Shown in pieces: positions 58,898-64,000 of a stretch of DNA of 64,000 bases. The notes beneath the pieces are model-generated. The model was not told the origin of the DNA, ran no database searches, and worked only from the letters and a program-made list of their open reading frames with translations. Every line of letters starts with the position of its first letter. The stretch's first letter is position 1. Location: positions 80 through 64,079 of the forward strand of contig CAMKOU010000001.1 of the NCBI GenBank assembly GCA_946414505.1, given 5' to 3'. A program made the position numbers and the translations under genes. The DNA is from an uncultured Clostridia bacterium. Its GTDB lineage: Bacteria > Bacillota > Clostridia > Oscillospirales > Acutalibacteraceae.

Positions 58898-60100
58898 TTA
58901 TGGATTGCAGCGTTTGCATGGTTCATACCCCATGCGCAGGATTTCTTCCCGTGATCCTGAATATGCTTGTTTGTTTTTTTCAGACATTTTTTTGACGGAA
59001 TCGCAGTATGAATAATGGAATTTTTTGGTGTTGGTATTTAAAATGTATGTTGCGGATAAATTATTTCCATTGTTCGCCGGTTCTTGCACGGTTGGAGTTT
59101 TTGGTTTGGGCGCAGTGGTCGCCTTAGGCTTAGGCGCAGTGGTTGCCTTAGGTTTAGGAGCGGTGGTTGCTTTAGGCTTAGGCGCAGTGGTTGCCTTAGG
59201 TTTGGGAGCAGTGGTCGCTTTAGGTTTAGGTGCAGCGGTTGCCTTAGGTGCCGCCGTGGTAGGCGGTTGGTTCTCCTTGCTGGTTCCGTCTTTGTAGTTT
59301 ATCGTAACATACGGTTGAGCATTATAGCAGAAAACATTGAAATTGATACCCTTGCCCTTGTCCTCAACAGAATAACCTTCCAGTAAGACGCCTGTTGCGA
59401 GAAGGTTTTCCTTTTCAAAAATGGGAGTGACGCGGTACATAACGTGATTGTGTGTTTTCAGGACATACTCTTGGATTTTCTTTTCAAATGGCAGCATTCC
59501 CTCATTATTGAGATAGCGGGTGCCGGTAATGATGTTTTTCTCATTTGCTTTCTCACCGGATAAGCTGAAAGCGATCAAATGGCATCTATTATATAAATAT
59601 TTTCCGTCAATATAATCGTATTTGGTGGTTTGAAATCCCGAAGGTTTTAAATTTCCCGTTTCGTTTTTTTCGTTTTTTTGAGGCATTATATCCTCACCGA
59701 TACATGCAAATGCCGTGCCGCAGCGTTTTAACTTGTCTAACTCGCTGTAGCTTTCAAACGATTTCGATACGATTTCGTCCGTGGTAAAAAACGGTTTATT
59801 ATCATTTACCGCAAAGTGCGGTTTCCCCGAAAAACTTGCAATCTCGGAAATACGAAACAGTTCTTTGGGATTTGAGAGTTTTTTAGCAGCTTCCGACGGT
59901 GTAGCTTCCGAAGGCGTGGCTTCTGATGGGGTAGCCTCAGACGGAGTTGCTTCCGATGGTGTAGCTTCACTTATTGTGGCTGCCGTTTCATGGGGATGAG
60001 ATACGACCGGTTGTGTTTTTTTACAACCTGCTGCAATAGATAAAAACAGAATAACGGACAAGCCGAGCGCCAGAAAACGTTTGTTGTTAAGTTGATTCAT
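58898..60100 (-). CDS. lipoprotein DNA/RNA non-specific endonuclease with C-terminal metal-binding domain
   Basis: Lipobox AAGC; YNRCHLI..N.ITGT.YLN; YRVTP; SEATP and PKPKATTA repeats; YILNTNTKKFH..C..C..CNP. Confidence 0.9.
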   Translation of the reverse strand: MNQLNNKRFLALGLSVILFLSIAAGCKKTQPVVSHPHETAATISEATPSEATPSEATPSEATPSEATPSEAAKKLSNPKELFRISEIASFSGKPHFAVNDNKPFFTTDEIVSKSFESYSELDKLKRCGTAFACIGEDIMPQKNEKNETGNLKPSGFQTTKYDYIDGKYLYNRCHLIAFSLSGEKANEKNIITGTRYLNNEGMLPFEKKIQEYVLKTHNHVMYRVTPIFEKENLLATGVLLEGYSVEDKGKGINFNVFCYNAQPYVTINYKDGTSKENQPPTTAAPKATAAPKPKATTAPKPKATTAPKPKATTAPKPKATTAPKPKATTAPKPKTPTVQEPANNGNNLSATYILNTNTKKFHYSYCDSVKKMSEKNKQAYSGSREEILRMGYEPCKRCNP

Positions 60101-60273
60101 AAGTACCTCCTCATTCGCTATATTAACTCGTTGTTTGAAATAACGAATCAACTAATAACTCTAAAAGTATTATAACATATTCATTTTGTTTTGCAATAAA
60201 AAAAGCATTTTTGTAAAGAATATTGGCTATATAGTGTTCTCATTTGTTTCGTCGATCATGCAAAGAAAACCCG

Positions 60274-60301
60274 ACAGGGACATGCGTTGCGGCATGTCCC
60301 T
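60274..60301. repeat. 28-bp hairpin/terminator, second copy
   Basis: Identical to 58834-58861. Confidence 0.85.
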
Positions 60302-60311
60302 GTTTTTGAGA

Positions 60312-61283
60312 TTAATAAACCTCGGCTAATTTGTTGGTGATACGGGTGTGTACCTCCGTATAATACGCTAAATCGGCTTCACTCAAAGAGCCGGTGTCAA
60401 TTTCACGCATTTTATCCATATAGTCACTGTATTTGGACATCATTTCCGAATACTCGCCCAGCAGTGTCAGGTCGGAGGGATTTTCCTTGTATTTCTTCAT
60501 GAATGCGATATACTCATCGAAGAACGCTTCATAGCTGTCCATCGTTTCCTTAAAGGAACCATTGGATGAGCCGCTGTCGTCGGCTTTGCTTTCCGTTTTG
60601 CTCTCCGGTTTTGCCGGAGCTTGCGTAGCTGCCTGCCCTTGCTTAGTATAGTAGGTAATGACCACCTTTGCATCAATAGGATAATACGACGTGAACGTAT
60701 CCGCCAGATTTTTGCCGTCAACAGAAATCTCTTTCACCGTGTTTTCGGTTTTACTATTATCCTCCGCTGTTCTGGTGCTGATATTGTTGAATCCCTCTTT
60801 TTCAAATTGAGTGATTACATCTTCATAGTTTAGTTCTTTGGTTATTCCTTTTTCGTATTCTATTGCCATATCGATATCAAAAGGTATGCTGGCTTCCTTT
60901 ACACAGTGATAACGAATAAGTATCTTAACATTAGACAGCATTTTGTCGCCCTTGCTAAAGGTTTCGTTTCCATTTACAAGTACAGCGGAAATGGTGTCGT
61001 TTTGCTTGTCAGAACTACTATCGAGGTCGTTTAAGGGCTCGGTGTCCGTGCTTTTAAAGCCGGCGTCATAGAACATATCATATAATTCGTCTTTTCCTTT
61101 TTTGAGTGCTTCATCACTTGAAATCGGCAATTCCAGCTCCTTTGGGGCTTCGGTGGTTTCCTCTGTTTGAGAGGGTAAAGAGGAAGCTTTCGATTCCTCC
61201 TTGCCGCCGCAGCCCGCAAGCGTAAAGGATGACACAGCGAGAATGCCGGTGAGGATGCCTGCGATCAGTTTTTGGTTTTTCAT
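60312..61283 (-). CDS. lipoprotein with two PASTA-like repeats and a helical C-terminal domain
   Basis: Lipobox LAGC; GF..V..V.VNG..(V/I).I.Y twice; FKETMDSYEAFFDEYIAFMKKY. Confidence 0.8.
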   Translation of the reverse strand: MKNQKLIAGILTGILAVSSFTLAGCGGKEESKASSLPSQTEETTEAPKELELPISSDEALKKGKDELYDMFYDAGFKSTDTEPLNDLDSSSDKQNDTISAVLVNGNETFSKGDKMLSNVKILIRYHCVKEASIPFDIDMAIEYEKGITKELNYEDVITQFEKEGFNNISTRTAEDNSKTENTVKEISVDGKNLADTFTSYYPIDAKVVITYYTKQGQAATQAPAKPESKTESKADDSGSSNGSFKETMDSYEAFFDEYIAFMKKYKENPSDLTLLGEYSEMMSKYSDYMDKMREIDTGSLSEADLAYYTEVHTRITNKLAEVY

Positions 61284-61303
61284 AAAAATCTCCTTATTCT
61301 TAA

Positions 61304-61627
61304 TTATTCTAATTCATCCAATTCCTCTAGTGCGCAATCAGTGCATTGAATTTTTTCGTCCCAGTGGTCGCGCAAGCATGTGCCGTTGTACCAGGGGAAA
61401 TGGCTTGCAAATTCACTTTCTTCCGTGATTAGGTCAAATTCCTTTCCACATTTTTCGCAAGTTTCAAAGTATACATCTTCTTCTCGATTATCAATGGCGT
61501 TTACAGCGCATTCGCCACACAAATGTTTTCTGACGTTTTGGTATGAGAGCAGAGGCTTTTCCATTTGAAAAAAATCTTCAGCTTCATACCGGTTAAATCT
61601 GATGTTACAGTTTTCACAAATTGGCAT
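61304..61627 (-). CDS. small Cys-rich protein with two zinc-finger-like repeats
   Basis: SD AAGGGGAG; CENC..CGEC and CEKC..CTDC. Confidence 0.75.
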   Translation of the reverse strand: MPICENCNIRFNRYEAEDFFQMEKPLLSYQNVRKHLCGECAVNAIDNREEDVYFETCEKCGKEFDLITEESEFASHFPWYNGTCLRDHWDEKIQCTDCALEELDELE

Positions 61628-61677
61628 ATAAATCTCCCCTTTTAAAATGATAATAATAGTATAGCACACTTCATAAA

Positions 61678-61709
61678 TATACGCAAGTGCGTATACGCTA
61701 TTGCGTAAA
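61678..61709. promoter_or_regulatory. tandem palindromic operators TACGC-N4-GCGTA
   Basis: TATACGCAAGTGCGTATA overlapping TATACGCTATTGCGTAAA between divergent genes. Confidence 0.6.
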
Positions 61710-61738
61710 ATTTTATACAATATTCCTGAGGTGATGCT

Positions 61739-61981
61739 ATGCGTGTAAAGGATGCGGTAACCTTGCGCTTTCAGGAGCTGTGCGCGGAGAGGGGGATCAC
61801 CGTGAATGAACTGGCAACACTTTCCGGTGTGACGCCCTCTACCGCATACAGCATGATGGATAGCAGCCGAAGAGATATATCTGTCAGCACCATCAAAAAA
61901 TTCTGTGATGGTTTGGAGATAACCCTCGGCGCGTTCTTTTCCGCGCCCGTGTTTGATACACTGGAGCAGGAAATCCGCTGA
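61739..61981 (+). CDS. XRE family HTH regulator
   Basis: ITVNELATLSGVTPST..TIKKFCDGL..FF; SD GAGGTGA. Confidence 0.92.
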   Translation: MRVKDAVTLRFQELCAERGITVNELATLSGVTPSTAYSMMDSSRRDISVSTIKKFCDGLEITLGAFFSAPVFDTLEQEIR

Positions 61982-62086
61982 AAGCCCATCAAAAAACGGG
62001 TAACCGTTGTATGTATCATACACGGTTGCCCGTTCGTTTTGGTATGCCGGCAGCATACACATCTTATTTTTTATATGGTATACTTA

Positions 62087-63127
62087 TTATACGAAGAGCA
62101 GGAGAACAACTCCGACGGCGAAGCTCGCGGCACCCAAGATCCGCAGCACATATTTGCCGTTTTGGGGGTTGTCGGGGTTGATTTTTTCGGACAGGCGAAA
62201 CACGTCGCCAAACAGCACATAGGGGAGTGCCGACCAAAACAGCAGCAGCACCAGTGCCATTTTGATGTGCCCCATCGTCCACTCGATCCCGTGCCCGTAA
62301 AGGATGTCGCCGCCGGTGAGGTAGAGCAGCAGCACGAACCCCCACACGATCATCAGCAGCACGGTCAAAATCTTCGGCAGCACATGCTTGCTGCGAAAGC
62401 CCGGCAGCGGCTGAAAGGTGCGGCGGCGGTTGATTTTCCTGCCCTGCAACATCTGTTTCAGCTCTGCGGCGCTCTGAAACCGCTTGCTCTCGTCCATCTC
62501 GGTGCATTGCAGTATCACAGCGGTCAGCGCGCCCTGATACAGCCGCTCGTTCGGCAGACGCCCCGTCAGCAGATAGTTGAGCAGCACGCCGCAGGCGTAA
62601 ATATCCGCGCGCGCGCCGGTTTGCGCAAAGCCGAACTGCTCGGGCGCCGCATAGCCCTCGGTGCCCAAAATCGTGGTGTCGCGCGTTTGCATCGGCTTGT
62701 TCAGCCGTGAAATATCAAAGTCGATCAGCTTCACCGTGCCGTCGTTTGTCAGCATGACGTTGGACGGCTTGACGTCGCGGTGGATAATGCCGTTTTGGTG
62801 CAGTGCCGTCAGCCCGTCGCACACCTGGCAGAGGATCGCCTTTGCCTCCGACACCGGCAGCACGCCGCCGTTTTCCACGCGGTATTCCAGCGTCGTGCCG
62901 TTGATGTATTCGCACAGCGACACACAGCGGTCGTGCATCATGCGCACGTCCAGCACCGCCATCAGGTTCGGGTGTTGCACCTGCGCGATGGCACACAGAA
63001 CGGGATAGGTTTCCGCGGCGGTCACCCGGCGCAGCAGCAGCTGTCCGGTTTGGTTGTCGCGGACGATATCGGTGGTCGCATTGATGGAAGTCAGGAACGT
63101 GATGTTCCGCAGCACATTGTTTTGCAT
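62087..63127 (-). CDS. Hanks-type Ser/Thr kinase with three C-terminal TM helices
   Basis: HPNL, EYING, IIHRDVKPSN, LIDFD, GTEGYAAPEQFG, DIY. Confidence 0.9.
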   Translation of the reverse strand: MQNNVLRNITFLTSINATTDIVRDNQTGQLLLRRVTAAETYPVLCAIAQVQHPNLMAVLDVRMMHDRCVSLCEYINGTTLEYRVENGGVLPVSEAKAILCQVCDGLTALHQNGIIHRDVKPSNVMLTNDGTVKLIDFDISRLNKPMQTRDTTILGTEGYAAPEQFGFAQTGARADIYACGVLLNYLLTGRLPNERLYQGALTAVILQCTEMDESKRFQSAAELKQMLQGRKINRRRTFQPLPGFRSKHVLPKILTVLLMIVWGFVLLLYLTGGDILYGHGIEWTMGHIKMALVLLLFWSALPYVLFGDVFRLSEKINPDNPQNGKYVLRILGAASFAVGVVLLLFV

Positions 63128-63197
63128 AATTGCCCCTTGTTTTTTGCAAAAAAATAGAATAAGATATAGTATACGGACATATCGTAAAAAAGGAACG

Positions 63198-63632
63198 ATG
63201 AAAATGAAAAAATCTACCGGTGAACTGCTGTCCATTCTCCAACACAAACCCAGTGTCGAGGCGTATTTTGATGAGAATGACGATGAAATGTTTTTCGGCA
63301 CCCTCGCCGAAATGCTGAATTTTTACCGCACCAACAAGGGCTTGAGCAAGGCGGAGGTGGTGCGCGGCTCCAACATCAAGCGCGAATACTGCTATGAACT
63401 GCTGCGCGGCGATGTTGCCAAAAAGCCCTCGCGCGACAAGGTGATCATGCTCTGCTTCGGCCTGCAGCTGTCGGTGGACGAGTGCCAGCAGGTGCTCAAA
63501 AAAAGCGGCTACGCGCCGCTGTATGCCCGCGATACGCGCGATTCCATCCTCATCTTTTCCGTTGCCCATCATATTTCCGTCGTCAAAACCAACATCAAGC
63601 TGGCGGAATATAATTTGGAGCCGTTGGAGTAA
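63198..63632 (+). CDS. XRE-like HTH protein
   Basis: KGLSKAEVVRGSNI..KPSRDKVIMLCFGLQL..LKKSGYAPL..RD. Confidence 0.82.
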   Translation: MKMKKSTGELLSILQHKPSVEAYFDENDDEMFFGTLAEMLNFYRTNKGLSKAEVVRGSNIKREYCYELLRGDVAKKPSRDKVIMLCFGLQLSVDECQQVLKKSGYAPLYARDTRDSILIFSVAHHISVVKTNIKLAEYNLEPLE

Positions 63633-63634
63633 CG

Positions 63635-64000
63635 CTATCCCAGCGGCTGCCTGCACTTGCCGCAGCGATACCGTTCGGGATGCTGAATAAGCGGCGAGCG
63701 TTTATAGCGCTCGAATACCGTGCCGCAGTACCGGCACACCACGCGATAGGAGGGGCGCTGTTTTGGCGCCGCCGGCATTCTGTCCATGTTTGTCAAACGC
63801 GCGATCTGCAGTCCGTAGGCGGCGTTGACGCGTTCGGCGAGCGTTTTCCATTGACCCGTGTGCTGCATACAGCCGTCGCAGGTGTGCAGCAGCTCGTGCA
63901 GCAGCGTTTCCTGCAGCAGCACCTCGGGGTAGGTTTCGTCCAGCAAAAACGCGGCGATCTCGATGGTGTAGCGGTCGCCTGCTTTTTTGCACACGCCCAG
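63635..64000 (-). CDS. SprT-like metalloprotease (5' end outside window)
   Basis: HELLH, HTGQW, CRYC..CGKC zinc ribbon. Confidence 0.85.
   Translation of the reverse strand: MGVCKKAGDRYTIEIAAFLLDETYPEVLLQETLLHELLHTCDGCMQHTGQWKTLAERVNAAYGLQIARLTNMDRMPAAPKQRPSYRVVCRYCGTVFERYKRSPLIQHPERYRCGKCRQPLG

Noticed and set aside
59100-59968. PKPKATTA and SEATP coding repeats
   Set aside because: Typical low-complexity stalks of surface lipoproteins

Overview
Chromosomal window from a moderately GC-rich anaerobic Firmicute, probably Oscillospiraceae/Ruminococcus-like (dockerin protein, sporulation-type genes). It is mostly housekeeping: malic enzyme, rnpB, mgtE, tgt/queA, asd-dapA-dapB, cdaA-cdaR, tagGH-type ABC exporter plus a LicD fusion, rpsF-ssb-rpsR, copA, glgX, a sensory plus electron-bifurcating [FeFe]-hydrogenase cluster, and ftsEX with an M23 peptidase. 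An AT-richer accessory block lies at about 58.9-61.7 kb. The best candidate for an undescribed system is the operon at 8639-12092: a Zn-ribbon membrane protein, a TPM-domain membrane protein ending in a (Cys-Ser-Ser)n RiPP-like tail with 8 Cys, and an RRE-less radical SAM/SPASM enzyme that may modify that tail. Other features missing from the ORF track: a probable type I toxin-antitoxin locus (424-776), a leader peptide plus attenuator upstream of mgtE, a four-helix-bundle gene bracketed by inverted heptamer repeats and hit by a small TAAA-flanked MITE, orphan heptamer arrays, and a deleted dinJ-yafQ module. All calls come from motif recognition by eye; no database search was run.
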